DNA from: an uncultured Candidatus Binatia bacterium
GTDB taxonomy: Bacteria; Desulfobacterota; Binatia; UBA9968; JAJDTQ01
Reading direction: 5' to 3'
NCBI GenBank assembly: GCA_965213675.1
Contig: OZ243916.1
Span: 3,424,001 to 3,488,000 of the forward strand
DNA: 64,000 nucleotides
Shown: positions 50,414-62,249 of the stretch, one piece after another
Numbering within the stretch: the stretch's first letter is position 1
How the letters are laid out: each line of letters begins with the position of its first letter
Program-made: the position numbers and the translations under genes
The notes under the pieces: model-generated
Told to the model about the DNA's origin: nothing
Database searches by the model: none
The model's input: the letters and a program-made list of their open reading frames with translations, nothing else

Positions 50414-50957
50414 CGCTCGGCTGTCGGCCCGAACCGACGCGTTGCGCGCCAGGGTCCGGGACGTCAGGCTGCTGTTGCTCGACGTCGACGGCGTGCTCAC
50501 CGACGGCGGCATCGTCATCGACGAACGCGGCGAGGAGGTCACCCGCTTCGACGTTCAGGACGGCCACGGCATCAAGCTCCTCCAGGATTCGGGGATCCGT
50601 GTCGGGCTGCTCACCGGACGCGCTTCCCGGGCCGTGTCGGTGCGCGCCCAACGCCTGTCCATCGGACTCGTCTACCAGAACGTCGCCGACAAGCTGCTCG
50701 GCTACGAGCAGGTCAAGGCGGAGACCGGTCTCGCCGACGCCGAGATCGCCTACGTGGGCGACGACATGCAGGATCTGCCGGTGCTGCGCAGGGTGGCCTT
50801 CGCGGTGGCGGTGAAGGACGCTTGGGATGGCTTGAAGGCGCATGCCCACTACGTCACGGAGCGGCCGGGCGGCCACGGCGCGGTGCGCGAAGTGGCGGAA
50901 CTGCTGTTGCGTCTTGCAGGGAAGTGGGACGCCGTGCTGAAGCGGTACGACCGCTGA
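50385..50957 (+). CDS. kdsC: KDO8P phosphatase
   Basis: DVDGVLTDG, YVGDD, GGHGAVRE. Confidence 0.93.
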   Translation: MTSSKPASSDARLSARTDALRARVRDVRLLLLDVDGVLTDGGIVIDERGEEVTRFDVQDGHGIKLLQDSGIRVGLLTGRASRAVSVRAQRLSIGLVYQNVADKLLGYEQVKAETGLADAEIAYVGDDMQDLPVLRRVAFAVAVKDAWDGLKAHAHYVTERPGGHGAVREVAELLLRLAGKWDAVLKRYDR

Positions 50958-51073
50958 CCGCGGCGGGCGCGGGTTTCATGAAGCAAGGCATGCGGCAAAT
51001 TCGTGGAGCCATATCATGAAGCCATTGGATGAAGCGATGTTCATGAAGCGATCATGGTAAGGCAATTGTCGCA

Positions 51074-51090
51074 AGCAATTTTCATGCCCA
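51074..51090 (-). promoter_or_regulatory. Candidate sigma54 (-24/-12) promoter pointing antisense toward kdsC
   Basis: Minus strand TGGGCATGAAAATTGCT, GG-N10-GC spacing exact. Confidence 0.35.
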
Positions 51091-51313
51091 CGGCTTTACA
51101 CGCGGCGGCCGAGTTGGTATTCGGAAGCGGATGATCCGACGGGTGCGGCCCGCCGCAAAGAGGTTGACCAACAGCCACGGGCATTCTTGCCGCCGGCAAG
51201 GCGCGATGACTTGCGGGGGCGGACCGGCGGTCATCGCACGGGGAAGACTCCGGGGCGACCCCCGGGTGACTTGACGCAGCCGGCGGCAAACCGGCAAATC
51301 ATCGCCGGTTGAA

Positions 51314-51479
51314 CTCGTGTCGTGTCCCACGTAAATGTTGACCAAATCTGCTTGTCTTTTTCGCCGTCGGCTGCGTGGCTCTTCCTCGCGTGGCAACCGC
51401 CACTGCTCGTCATCGCGCCTTGCCGATCACGAAAAATCCTGCGCACTTTGCTCAACATTTACGTGGGACACGACACGAG
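51314..51479 (+). mobile_element. Family A element, variant arms (type 2)
   Basis: Same central core; 28-bp perfect arms CTCGTGTCGTGTCCCACGTAAATGTTGA. Confidence 0.85.
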
Positions 51480-51527
51480 CGCTGTAATTTGCCGGACACG
51501 ACGACACGGGTCCCCGGAAGGTGGCGC

Positions 51528-52148
51528 ATGAAATCCAAGCGGTTGTGGCTGTTGCTGGTTGCCGCCGCCGGGGTGATCTTCGTGGGCGTCGAGGTGGCGC
51601 GGCACCTGCGGGAACAGGCGCTCCACGACCCGCGGGCGTCGTTGGAGTTCACGCCTGGGGCGGCCTTGCAGGTCAAGAACTTCCGTCGCAGCCGGATCGA
51701 AGACGGGCGCAAGGCTTGGGAAGTGAAAGGGGTCGAAGCGACCTATTTCAAGTCCGAAGAGATGGCACTGATTACGCGGCCGGCGTTGGTCTTCTACCAT
51801 GAGGATGGGCGGATTCTCGAGGCTACCGGCCGCCGAGGGCACGTTTTCCTGCCCGACGGGGAGTTGCTGCGGGCCGAACTGGACGGCGCCGTGGACATCA
51901 TCTACCAGGGTGTGCGATTCCACGCCGAGAAGCTCATCTACTTTCATGCCGAGAACCGCGTGGTCTGTCCCGGCAGGGTGGCGGCCAATGTGGACGGCGT
52001 GGACCTTGAGGGCGAAAACATGACCTACTCCCTCACCGACGACACCATCGAGCTTCAGAGCGGCGTACGAACCACCATCCATACGGGGCGCCTGGGCCAC
52101 GCCGAAGTGGTCCGACGGCTGACTCGGGGAAAGGACGCGGGTCGATGA
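51528..52148 (+). CDS. lptC: LPS export periplasmic protein LptC
   Basis: Single N-terminal TM, beta-rich body, position between kdsC and lptA. Confidence 0.8.
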   Translation: MKSKRLWLLLVAAAGVIFVGVEVARHLREQALHDPRASLEFTPGAALQVKNFRRSRIEDGRKAWEVKGVEATYFKSEEMALITRPALVFYHEDGRILEATGRRGHVFLPDGELLRAELDGAVDIIYQGVRFHAEKLIYFHAENRVVCPGRVAANVDGVDLEGENMTYSLTDDTIELQSGVRTTIHTGRLGHAEVVRRLTRGKDAGR

Positions 52149-52690
52149 GACAACCAGGGACAGGCAACGGATTCCGATGGACGTTGGCTCTGACGGTGGC
52201 GCTGTTTCTGCACGCCGCGGGTCCGGTGGCGAGCGCCTCCGAGGATCCCGCGGGGCGCGCAAGCGCCACCGCCGGTCTGTTCGCCGACAAGGACACGCCC
52301 GTCGAGATCACCGCCGACCGCATGGAGTTCCAGCGCAAGCAGAGCACCATCGTTTACAAGGGCAATGTCCTGGTGGTGCGGGACGGCGTCCGGATCGCGA
52401 GCGATGTCCTGATGGCGCGCTATGACGCCCAGGGCGGCGTGTTGACCAGCGTGGTGGCGGAGGGCGGGGTGCGGGTCAGCCACGGGGGACGGGAGATGAC
52501 CGGAGAGAAAGCCGTTTTCGACGGACTGAACGAGATCATTACGGTGTCCGGCGACACGGTCGTGCGTGACGGCAACAGCAGCATCTCGGGCAGCCGCATC
52601 ACCATCTACGTCCGGGAGGACCGTAGCGTCGTGGAGAACAGCGAGGGACGCGTGAAGGCGGTGATCTTCCCGGGGCAGTTGACTCAGTAA
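52145..52690 (+). CDS. lptA: LPS transport periplasmic protein LptA
   Basis: Signal peptide, PVEITADRM, YKGNV, AEGGV, GRVKAVI. Confidence 0.88.
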   Translation: MRQPGTGNGFRWTLALTVALFLHAAGPVASASEDPAGRASATAGLFADKDTPVEITADRMEFQRKQSTIVYKGNVLVVRDGVRIASDVLMARYDAQGGVLTSVVAEGGVRVSHGGREMTGEKAVFDGLNEIITVSGDTVVRDGNSSISGSRITIYVREDRSVVENSEGRVKAVIFPGQLTQ

Positions 52691-52708
52691 ACGGAACCGG
52701 CGCGGGCG

Positions 52709-53431
52709 ATGAGCGTTCTCAATGCGGACGGGATCGTTAAGGCGTATCGAGGACGCCGGGTGCTGGACCAGGTCACTCTTCAGGTCCAAAGCGGCGAGGT
52801 CGTGGGCCTTCTTGGGCCCAACGGAGCGGGCAAGACCACGCTCTTCCACATCCTCATCGGCCTGGTCCGGGCCGATGGTGGCCGGGTCAGCCTGGACGGC
52901 GCCGATCTGACGGAGGCCCCTATCTACCGCCGAGCGCGCGCTGGCCTAAGCTATTTGCCCCAGGAGTCCTCGGTGTTCCGCGGCCTCACGGTCAGGCAGA
53001 ACCTGTTGGCCATCCTCGAGACCTTGCGGCTCGGCAGGGATGAAGAAGAGGCGCGGAGCCAGCGACTGCTCGAGACCTTCGGCCTGGAGCATCTGGCGAA
53101 TCAGAAGGCGCACACGCTTTCCGGCGGCGAGCGGCGGCGCGTGGAAATCGCCCGGGCGCTGATCCTGTCACCGTTTTTCGTGCTGCTGGACGAGCCCTTC
53201 ACGGGGGTCGATCCCATCGCATTGGCCGATATCAAGTCCGTGATCCAGCGGCTGGCCAACGCCGGCATCGGCATCCTGATCACGGATCACAACGTCCGGG
53301 AAGCCCTCGAAATCTGTACCCGAGCCTACATCCTCGGTCCAGGCGCCGTGCTCGCGGAAGGAACGCCCGCGGACATCGCCGCCAGCGATCGGGCCCGCGA
53401 GGTCTACCTTGGGGAAGGGTTCAGGCTCTAG
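52709..53431 (+). CDS. lptB: LPS export ABC ATPase LptB
   Basis: GPNGAGKTT, YLPQE, LSGGERRRVEIARAL, ITDHNVRE, VYLGEGF. Confidence 0.95.
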   Translation: MSVLNADGIVKAYRGRRVLDQVTLQVQSGEVVGLLGPNGAGKTTLFHILIGLVRADGGRVSLDGADLTEAPIYRRARAGLSYLPQESSVFRGLTVRQNLLAILETLRLGRDEEEARSQRLLETFGLEHLANQKAHTLSGGERRRVEIARALILSPFFVLLDEPFTGVDPIALADIKSVIQRLANAGIGILITDHNVREALEICTRAYILGPGAVLAEGTPADIAASDRAREVYLGEGFRL

Positions 53432-53591
53432 TGTCGGGTCCCGTAAATCACTGCGACAAGTTGCGCAGGAAATTTTGTTGTCGGCAAGGCGCGATGACGA
53501 GTAGTGGCGGTTACCACGCGAGGAAGAGCCACGCAGCCGACGGCGAAAAAGACCAGCAAATTATCGCAGGAATTTGCGGGACACGACACTA
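53429..53591 (-). mobile_element. Family A element, variant arms (type 3), inverted, overlapping the lptB stop codon
   Basis: Core in reverse orientation; arms TAGTGTCG(G/T)GTCCCG(T/C)AAAT; the left TAG is the lptB stop. Confidence 0.85.
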
Positions 53592-53634
53592 CCTTGGTGT
53601 AGCGCCCAGCCCCTTCCTGTGACGGAACGCCCGA

Positions 53635-55077
53635 ATGGCATTGGAAATCAAGCTCTCCCAGAAGATGGCGCCGCAGCTGGTGTTGACGCCCCAGTTGCAA
53701 CAGGCCATCAAGCTTCTCCAACTGTCCCAACTCGACCTCCAGCAACGCATCTCGGAGGAGATGCAGGAGAATCCCGCGCTGGAGGAAGCCCATGACGATA
53801 ATGGCGCCCCGGAGCGTGTGCGCGAGCCCGAGGCGACGCAGGAGACGCTCGTCACCGACCGCATCGCGGATTGGCAGGACTATCTCGACAACCACTCCAA
53901 TGGGCGCCACGACATGGTCGCGTCCGAGGTCGCGCGCCACGAAGACGATCTCCCGTCCCTCGAAGACACCGTCACGCGCCGGGAGACCCTCCATGAACAC
54001 CTGCTGTGGCAGCTCCGCATGACCGGGCTCGATCCGGTCAGCCAGGGAATCGGGCTGTGCATCATCGGCAACCTGGACGAACGCGGATACCTGGATGCGT
54101 CGCTGGAGGAGGTCGGCGAGCTGGCCAAGGCGACGCCGGACGAAGTTGAGGATGTCCTGGCGCAGATCCAACGCTTCGATCCCGTGGGCATTGCGGCCCG
54201 CGACTTGCGCGAGTGTCTCCTGCTGCAATTCCACGAGGCGGGGTTGGGCGAAAGCGTGGCGGCTCGTGTGGTGGACGGCCACCTTCGGGAATTGGAGCGC
54301 AAGCAGTACGAACGGATCGCCGCGGCTCTGGACGTCGGCGTCGAGGAAGTCGTCGAGGCGGCCCATGCCATTGCCTGTCTGGAGCCGAAACCGGCACGGA
54401 ACCATGATAACGCCGAGATTCACACCATCATACCCGACGTGATGGTGCAGAAGATCGCGGATGAGTACGTGGTCCTGCTTAACGACGATGGAGTGCCGCC
54501 GTTGAGAGTCAGTCCGCTGGCGCGGCGGCTCGCCGGCGCGTCGAACGAAGAGGCGCGCGAGGCCAAGGAGTACCTGGACGGCAAGATCCGTGCCGCCACC
54601 TGGTTGATCAAGAGCATTCAATGGCGCCAGCAGACCCTGTGCCGGGTCAGCGAGAGCATTTTCAGCTTCCAGCGCGAGTTCCTCGATCACGGCGTCGACC
54701 GGCTGAAGCCGCTGGTGCTGCGCGATGTCGCGAACCAGATCGGCATGCATCCGTCCACGGTCAGTCGCGCCACCTCCAACAAGTTTGCGCACACGCCGCA
54801 GGGCGTGTTCGAGTTGAAATACTTCTTTCAGAGCGGCATACCGCGTAGCGACAGTTCCGTGGTGGTGTCGGCGGAGTCCGTGCGGGAGCGGATCCGGGTG
54901 CTGGTGGAATCCGAGGACCCGCGCAAGCCGCTGAGCGACCAGGACATCGCCGGCGCGTTGCGGGACCTGGGAATCGGCATCGCGCGCCGGACGGTCGCCA
55001 AGTACCGCGAGCAGTTGGGAATATTGCCGTCGTCGCGGCGGCGGGATCCGTATGGCCAACGAGTCGAACCGGACTGA
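53635..55077 (+). CDS. rpoN: RNA polymerase sigma-54 factor
   Basis: LTPQLQQAIKLLQL, HPSTVSRA, RpoN box ARRTVAKYRE. Confidence 0.97.
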   Translation: MALEIKLSQKMAPQLVLTPQLQQAIKLLQLSQLDLQQRISEEMQENPALEEAHDDNGAPERVREPEATQETLVTDRIADWQDYLDNHSNGRHDMVASEVARHEDDLPSLEDTVTRRETLHEHLLWQLRMTGLDPVSQGIGLCIIGNLDERGYLDASLEEVGELAKATPDEVEDVLAQIQRFDPVGIAARDLRECLLLQFHEAGLGESVAARVVDGHLRELERKQYERIAAALDVGVEEVVEAAHAIACLEPKPARNHDNAEIHTIIPDVMVQKIADEYVVLLNDDGVPPLRVSPLARRLAGASNEEAREAKEYLDGKIRAATWLIKSIQWRQQTLCRVSESIFSFQREFLDHGVDRLKPLVLRDVANQIGMHPSTVSRATSNKFAHTPQGVFELKYFFQSGIPRSDSSVVVSAESVRERIRVLVESEDPRKPLSDQDIAGALRDLGIGIARRTVAKYREQLGILPSSRRRDPYGQRVEPD

Positions 55078-55111
55078 CGCGGCGCTTCGACGGGGGACAA
55101 GGGGGGTCGGC

Positions 55112-55573
55112 TTGCGAATCACGGATGTTCTGGATCCGGAAGCGGTCATACCGAGTCTCGAGGCGCGGGACAAGCATGCCGTCCTCGAGGAGATGGTGAA
55201 CCGCGTGGCGAGCCACTACGGATTCGAGGACTCGCAACGGTTGCTCGACGTGGTGCGCGCGCGCGAGCGGATCTGCAGCACCGCCATCGGCGAGGGCGTG
55301 GCCATCCCCCACGGCAAACTGCCGGGGCTGAAACGGGTGTTCATCGCCTTTGCCCGCAGTCGCGAAGGGATCGATTTCGACGCCCAGGACGGCACGCGCA
55401 CACACCTGTTCTTTCTTCTGGTGGCGCCCGAGGGGTCCGCCTCGGAGCACCTGAGCGCGTTGGCCCGGGTGTCCCGGCTGGTCAAGGACGCCTCGTTGCG
55501 CGAGCGCCTCATGCGCGTGCAGACCCCCGAAGAAGTGGTGCTCCTCATCGAGGAGAAGGAACGGGAACTCTGA
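55112..55573 (+). CDS. ptsN: PTS EIIA (Ntr/Fru-type) protein
   Basis: [17 protein letters not shown]; TTG start after G-rich RBS (alternative ATG at 55052). Confidence 0.88.
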   Translation: MRITDVLDPEAVIPSLEARDKHAVLEEMVNRVASHYGFEDSQRLLDVVRARERICSTAIGEGVAIPHGKLPGLKRVFIAFARSREGIDFDAQDGTRTHLFFLLVAPEGSASEHLSALARVSRLVKDASLRERLMRVQTPEEVVLLIEEKEREL

Positions 55574-56435
55574 CCAGTCTGCTCGACATCGTGGTCGTCA
55601 CCGGCCTTTCGGGGTCGGGGAAGAGCGTTGCCATGCGCGCGCTGGAGGACAACGGTTTCTTCTGCGTCGACAACCTCCCGGTTCTGTTGATCCCCGGTTC
55701 ATCGAACTCTGCCAGGGCTACCGTGAAGGCATCGAACGGGCCGCCTTCGGTATCGATCTCCGCGGCGGCCACTTCATCGAAGGCTGGCGCGAAGTGCTGG
55801 ACGCCACCCGCAAGGCCGGCCACCGGGTGGAGGTCCTCTTCCTGGACGCCAGCGACGAGCTGCTGCTGCGCCGCTTCAACGAGACGCGCCGGCCGCATCC
55901 GCTCCAGGCCGGCGGGTCAGTGCAGGAAGGCATCGCGCGGGAGCGCGCCGCCCTCACCGGCTTGCGCGACCTGGCTGCACGGGTCATCGACACCACCCAT
56001 CTCAACGTCCACGACCTCAAGAAGGTCATCGAGGACTCGTGCATCCAGGCCTGGGGCCGGCGGCGCATGTCGGTCTTCCTGATGTCCTTCGGTTACAAAT
56101 TCGGCATTCCGGCCGAGGCGGACATGGTCATCGACGTGCGTTTTCTTCCCAATCCGTTTTTTGTTAATGGGTTGGGGACTCGTAGCGGGTTGACGCCGGA
56201 AGTACGCGATTTCGTTCTCAGCCGGCCGGAGACGCACACTTTCGTCGAACGAATGAGCGCGTTGCTCGATTTCACGCTGCCCAGCTATGAGCGCGAGGGC
56301 AAGAGCAATCTGACCGTGGCCTTCGGCTGCACCGGCGGCAAGCATCGGTCAGTGGTGCTCGCCGCCGAATTCGCGCGGCGCCTGAATGGGAGCCCATGGC
56401 GCATTCAGTTGCGGCACCGGGACGTTGACAGATGA
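55570..56435 (+). pseudogene. rapZ: RNase adapter RapZ, split by a 1-nt frameshift at about 55692-55695
   Basis: TGLSGSGKS and CVDNLP in one frame; [40 protein letters not shown] in the other; start appears to be CTG/GTG. Confidence 0.88.
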
Positions 56436-56438
56436 CCC

Positions 56439-56714
56439 ATGCACCGCGTTAAGAGGAAGCTCGAGATCAAAAACCGCCTCGGAATGCACGCGCGCGCCTC
56501 GGCGCTGTTCGTGCAGACCGTCAATCAGTTCTCCTCGGAGGTCAAGATCTCCAAGGACGACAACGTCGTCAACGGACGAAGCATCATGGGCGTCCTGACC
56601 CTGGGAGCGGCCAAGGGAAGCAAGATCCGGGTCGAGACCCGTGGCGAGGACGCCCACGAGGCCATGCTCGCCATCGAGCAACTCGTGGAGGACAAGTTTC
56701 GCGAGAGTGACTGA
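56439..56714 (+). CDS. ptsH: HPr phosphocarrier protein
   Basis: [10 protein letters not shown] (His15) and [11 protein letters not shown] (Ser46). Confidence 0.94.
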   Translation: MHRVKRKLEIKNRLGMHARASALFVQTVNQFSSEVKISKDDNVVNGRSIMGVLTLGAAKGSKIRVETRGEDAHEAMLAIEQLVEDKFRESD

Positions 56715-56797
56715 CCCGGATTGCAAGACCGTCCGCAACCGGGTTTTCCGTGGAACTGGGACTGGACGTAACGGAAAGGGTCGAACAGGGATTATCC

Positions 56798-57973
56798 ATG
56801 ACGAACAAGGATTTTGTCTTCACCTCGGAGTCGGTGTCGGAGGGCCATCCCGACAAGATGTGCGATCAGATCTCGGACGCGGTGCTCGACGCCCACCTGG
56901 CTCTGGACCCCAACAGCCGTGTGGCGTGCGAGACCCTGGTCAAGAACGACCTGATCGTCATCGCGGGCGAGATCACCAGCAAGGGACAGGTGGACTACGA
57001 GAGTCTGGCGCGCCGCGTCGCCCTCGACATCGGCTATGATGATGCTTCCAAGGGCTTCGACGGCAACACGTGCGAGGTGCTGGTAAGGCTGGTAAGCCAG
57101 TCCCCCAACATCTCCCAGGGAGTTACCGAGGGCGAGGGACTCTTCAAGGAGCAGGGCGCCGGCGACCAGGGCATGATGTTCGGCTATGCCTGTGACGAGA
57201 CCGAGGAGCTGATGCCGCTGCCGATCCAGCTCGCCCATGAACTCGTCGGCTATCTGGCCAAGATCCGGAAATCCGGCGAGGCGCCGTTCCTGCGGCCGGA
57301 CTCCAAGTCCCAGGTGAGCGTCGAGTACCGCGACGGGCGGCCCCATCGTGTCACCAACGTGGTGGTGTCCACACAGCACACGCCGGAGGTGCCGTACGAC
57401 AAGCTCCGGGGAACCCTCATCGACAGCGTCATCCGCGCGGTGGTGCCGTCCCGGTACCTCGACAACGACACCGAGTTTCTCGTCAACCCCACTGGCAGCT
57501 TCGAGATCGGCGGTCCCCAGGCCGACGCCGGCCTGACCGGCCGCAAGATCATCGTGGACACCTACGGCGGCATGGGCCGCCACGGCGGCGGCGCCTTCTC
57601 CGGGAAGGATCCGTCCAAGGTGGACCGCAGCGCGGCCTACGTGGCCCGCTACGTGGCCAAGAACGTCGTCGCGGCCAAGCTGGCGCGCCGCTGCGAGATC
57701 CAGCTCGCCTACGTCATCGGCGTGGCGGAGCCCGTGTCCATCGCCATCGACACCTTCGGCACGGGCGTTGTCCCGGACGCCGAGATCGTCAAGCTCGTGC
57801 GCGAGAACTTCGAGTTGACGCCCAAGGGCATCATCGACGCCCTCCATCTGCGCGCGCCCATCTACCAGAAGTCCGCCGCCTACGGCCATTTCGGCCGCAA
57901 GCCGGAAAACGGTTTCTTCACCTGGGAGCAGGCCGATCGGGCGGCGCGCCTGAGCGGTGCGGTCAAGGGTTAG
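56798..57973 (+). CDS. metK: S-adenosylmethionine synthetase
   Basis: [28 protein letters not shown]. Confidence 0.97.
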   Translation: MTNKDFVFTSESVSEGHPDKMCDQISDAVLDAHLALDPNSRVACETLVKNDLIVIAGEITSKGQVDYESLARRVALDIGYDDASKGFDGNTCEVLVRLVSQSPNISQGVTEGEGLFKEQGAGDQGMMFGYACDETEELMPLPIQLAHELVGYLAKIRKSGEAPFLRPDSKSQVSVEYRDGRPHRVTNVVVSTQHTPEVPYDKLRGTLIDSVIRAVVPSRYLDNDTEFLVNPTGSFEIGGPQADAGLTGRKIIVDTYGGMGRHGGGAFSGKDPSKVDRSAAYVARYVAKNVVAAKLARRCEIQLAYVIGVAEPVSIAIDTFGTGVVPDAEIVKLVRENFELTPKGIIDALHLRAPIYQKSAAYGHFGRKPENGFFTWEQADRAARLSGAVKG

Positions 57974-59437
<1,464 letters not shown>

Positions 59438-59583
59438 GGCCCGCAGCGCCCCGGTCGATTGAAAGCAACGTCTTGTCTTGTTCGTTCGTTTTTCGTCTTC
59501 GCTGAATGGCTTCCCGGCCTGTCGCGCGGACGTAGGGGTCTCGGCTACCGTATGCATGGTAGCCCCCAGGTCAGTGCAGACGT

Positions 59584-60804
59584 TTACACAAGCCGGACGA
59601 AGAGCTCATTGGCCAGCAGCAAACCTCGTGGCGTAAACCGGATGTGGTGTTCTTCTTCGACCAGCAACCGCTCCGACAGCCATTCGGCCATTGCAGGAAA
59701 AGCGCTCTCGGGCGTTGCCCCGAAACGCCGCTCAAACTCCGGCATCGAAACCCCGCTGATCATCCGCAGCCCGGTGAACAGGCATTCCGCCATGGCTTGG
59801 CGAAGCTCCGGCTGCTCCCGCTCGGTCACCGCGTGGCCGGCCTCGCTCGCGAGCCGCATGTAGCCTGCCGGCAGGCGCTCGTTCTGCCAGCGTTCTCCCA
59901 GGGGGTCGTTGGGCCTTCGGTGGTGGCTGTGGGCGCCGGCGCCGATGCCGAGGTAGTCGCCGCTGTTCCAGTAGTTGATGTTGTGGCGGGATTCGAGGCC
60001 GGGGCGGGCGTGGTTGGAGATCTCGTAGCGTTCCAGGCCGGCGTGCGCCAGGGTGTGCTGGATGCGCTCGGCCATCTCGATCTCCAGTTCCTCGTCCAGC
60101 GGCCGCAGCAGGCCCTGGCGGTAGCGGGTGTGGAAGGGCGTGCCTTCCTCGATGGTGAGGTTGTAGGCGGACAGGTGCGGGGGGTCGTATGCCAGGGCCG
60201 CGGAGAGGTCCCGGCTCACTCCGTCAACGGTCTGTCCAGGAATGCCGTAGATCAGATCGAGGCTGAAGTTGTCGAATCCCGCCTTGGGGATGGCGCACAG
60301 GGCCGCGCGCGTTTCGCCGGCGCTGTGGACGCGGCCCAGAAACTTGAGCAGGTGGGGGTCGAAGCTCTGGGCGCCGATGCTGATGCGGTTGACGCCGCTG
60401 GCGCGGTAGTCGCGGAAGCGGCCCGCATCCACCACGCCGGGATTGGCTTCGAGCGTGATCTCCGCGCGCTCGGTCAACCCGAACAACCCGGCGGTTTCAT
60501 CGAGAACCGCGCCGATGCTGCTTCCCTGGAAGGTGGAAGGGGTGCCGCCGCCGAAGAAGACCGTCTTCACCGGCCGGCCGGCCCATGCCTCCGACTCGGA
60601 GTAGTGGCGCAATTCCCGCAGCAGCGCCCGCGTGTATGCCTCCTCGGGTATCCGGGACGCGACGTGGGAATTGAAGTCGCAGTAGGGGCACTTGCGGACG
60701 CAGTAGGGGATGTGGACGTAAAGGGAGAAAGGCTTTCGCGGGTCGTCGTCCACCGTGGAATCGGGGTGCGCCGCGCCGCGATTGGCCGGACCTTGCCGTG
60801 CCAT
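59584..60804 (-). CDS. hemW: Radical SAM heme chaperone HemW
   Basis: LYVHIPYCVRKCPYCDFNS, GGGTPS, YEISNHA, HNINYW (HNxxYW). Confidence 0.9.
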   Translation of the reverse strand: MARQGPANRGAAHPDSTVDDDPRKPFSLYVHIPYCVRKCPYCDFNSHVASRIPEEAYTRALLRELRHYSESEAWAGRPVKTVFFGGGTPSTFQGSSIGAVLDETAGLFGLTERAEITLEANPGVVDAGRFRDYRASGVNRISIGAQSFDPHLLKFLGRVHSAGETRAALCAIPKAGFDNFSLDLIYGIPGQTVDGVSRDLSAALAYDPPHLSAYNLTIEEGTPFHTRYRQGLLRPLDEELEIEMAERIQHTLAHAGLERYEISNHARPGLESRHNINYWNSGDYLGIGAGAHSHHRRPNDPLGERWQNERLPAGYMRLASEAGHAVTEREQPELRQAMAECLFTGLRMISGVSMPEFERRFGATPESAFPAMAEWLSERLLVEEEHHIRFTPRGLLLANELFVRLV

Positions 60805-60860
60805 GATTCGTGGCGTCGCGGGCTGCCGGTTCGAATCGCCTTCCGTCAATCCGTACCCCG

Positions 60861-61916
60861 TCAGGGCTTGATATCCTGCAGGAACCAGTCGGTGGAAATT
60901 TCCTTGCCCAACCCCATCTTTTCGGCGGCCTTGAGGATGCAGTGCCCCATGGCGGCGAACTGGATGCCGGTGCCGATGTTGTTGAGGAAGAAGGTGGTCT
61001 GGTCGGCACGGGTGCGGCCGGAGACGCGCCCCGCCAGGAAGTCCGAGATCTCCGGGTAGACGCTCCAGTCCCGCGGCTTCTCCTGGCGGATGCCGGGCAG
61101 GTGATCGACGCTCGGGGGCAGGTGGTGCCGGATGCCGCCCATCTGCGTGTGGATGCCGGTGATGTCGGCCTTGGCGAAGACGGTGTCGTCGTGCTCGAAC
61201 TCGCGGATGGCGTTGTAGTGCACGCCGGGCTGCAGCATGTCGCCGGTGATGATGGGAGACGACGTGCTGGTGGCGGTGCAGATGATGTCGCATCCCGCAA
61301 TGGCCGACGCGACGCTGCCCGTGGGCTCCACTTCGATGCCGCCGGCGCTCATCTCCTCGGCGAAGGCCTGGCGGTGCTCGGGCCGGGGGCTGTACACCTT
61401 GACCGTCTTGATGGGGAGCACGTGGGTCAGCAGGCGGAAGTGGGCGCGCGCCTGGCCGCCGGTGCCGATGAGCCCCAAGCGGGCGGCGTCCGGCCGGCAC
61501 AGCGCCTGAGCGCCCAGGGCGCTGGTGATGGCCACGCGGGTCTGCTGGATGACCCCGTCCGGCATGATACCCATGAGTTCACCGTTCTCCAGGCTGTACA
61601 ACTGCACCAGCCCGAGAAACAGCCCGCGTCCGGCCAATGGCAGCTTCTCCAGCCGGACGGAGCCGTTGTACGTTTCCTCGCGCACCACGTCCGAAGTAAC
61701 CCGCAGGGCCAGGGTGCCGAAGCGCTCCACCGCCCCCTCCACGGACTTGAAGCTGTAGGAGGCCTCGTCCATGGTGTGGTGCGTGTAGATGTGGGTGGTG
61801 GGCCGGTTCACCGAACGGCCTTCGGGCAGGTCGCCATAGGCCGTGGCCATGGCCTCCAGGCATTCGTCGATGTTCATGGCCTGCCGGACGTCGTCGTTGT
61901 CGAGTATGCGTGTCAT
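60861..61916 (-). CDS. Ornithine cyclodeaminase/mu-crystallin family protein
   Basis: RVAITSALG, GLIGTGGQA, DIICTATS, GTGIQFAA. Confidence 0.88.
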   Translation of the reverse strand: MTRILDNDDVRQAMNIDECLEAMATAYGDLPEGRSVNRPTTHIYTHHTMDEASYSFKSVEGAVERFGTLALRVTSDVVREETYNGSVRLEKLPLAGRGLFLGLVQLYSLENGELMGIMPDGVIQQTRVAITSALGAQALCRPDAARLGLIGTGGQARAHFRLLTHVLPIKTVKVYSPRPEHRQAFAEEMSAGGIEVEPTGSVASAIAGCDIICTATSTSSPIITGDMLQPGVHYNAIREFEHDDTVFAKADITGIHTQMGGIRHHLPPSVDHLPGIRQEKPRDWSVYPEISDFLAGRVSGRTRADQTTFFLNNIGTGIQFAAMGHCILKAAEKMGLGKEISTDWFLQDIKP

Positions 61917-62143
61917 GGTCCCTCGTGATGGATACGGCCCCTTTCCGAGCTTCGGGCCTGAATGGTGTGCCCGCGTTGCCGGTCGCGCGCGTCGTCGGTG
62001 TGGTTCATAACCGGCCGCGGCCGGAATGTAAACGGTCCGGAGATTCCACGGCCGGCGCCGCCGGTAGAATGGCGAGGAAGCGTCGGGCGATCACCTTCCA
62101 TGGTAAATTGCGTCAGACGACACGCTATGCTTTTATGATTTGC

Positions 62144-62203
62144 CCAGGAGCTTGCGCCGCAGGAATTTGCGCTTTCGCGAATTCCTGCGGCGCAAGCTCC
62201 TGG
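62144..62203. repeat. Family C palindrome with 24-bp perfect arms
   Basis: CCAGGAGCTTGCGCCGCAGGAATT / AATTCCTGCGGCGCAAGCTCCTGG. Confidence 0.8.
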
Positions 62204-62249
62204 CAACGTTTGGCCCGCCACGCGCGCTGGCGGCGCCTTGGAGGTTCCC

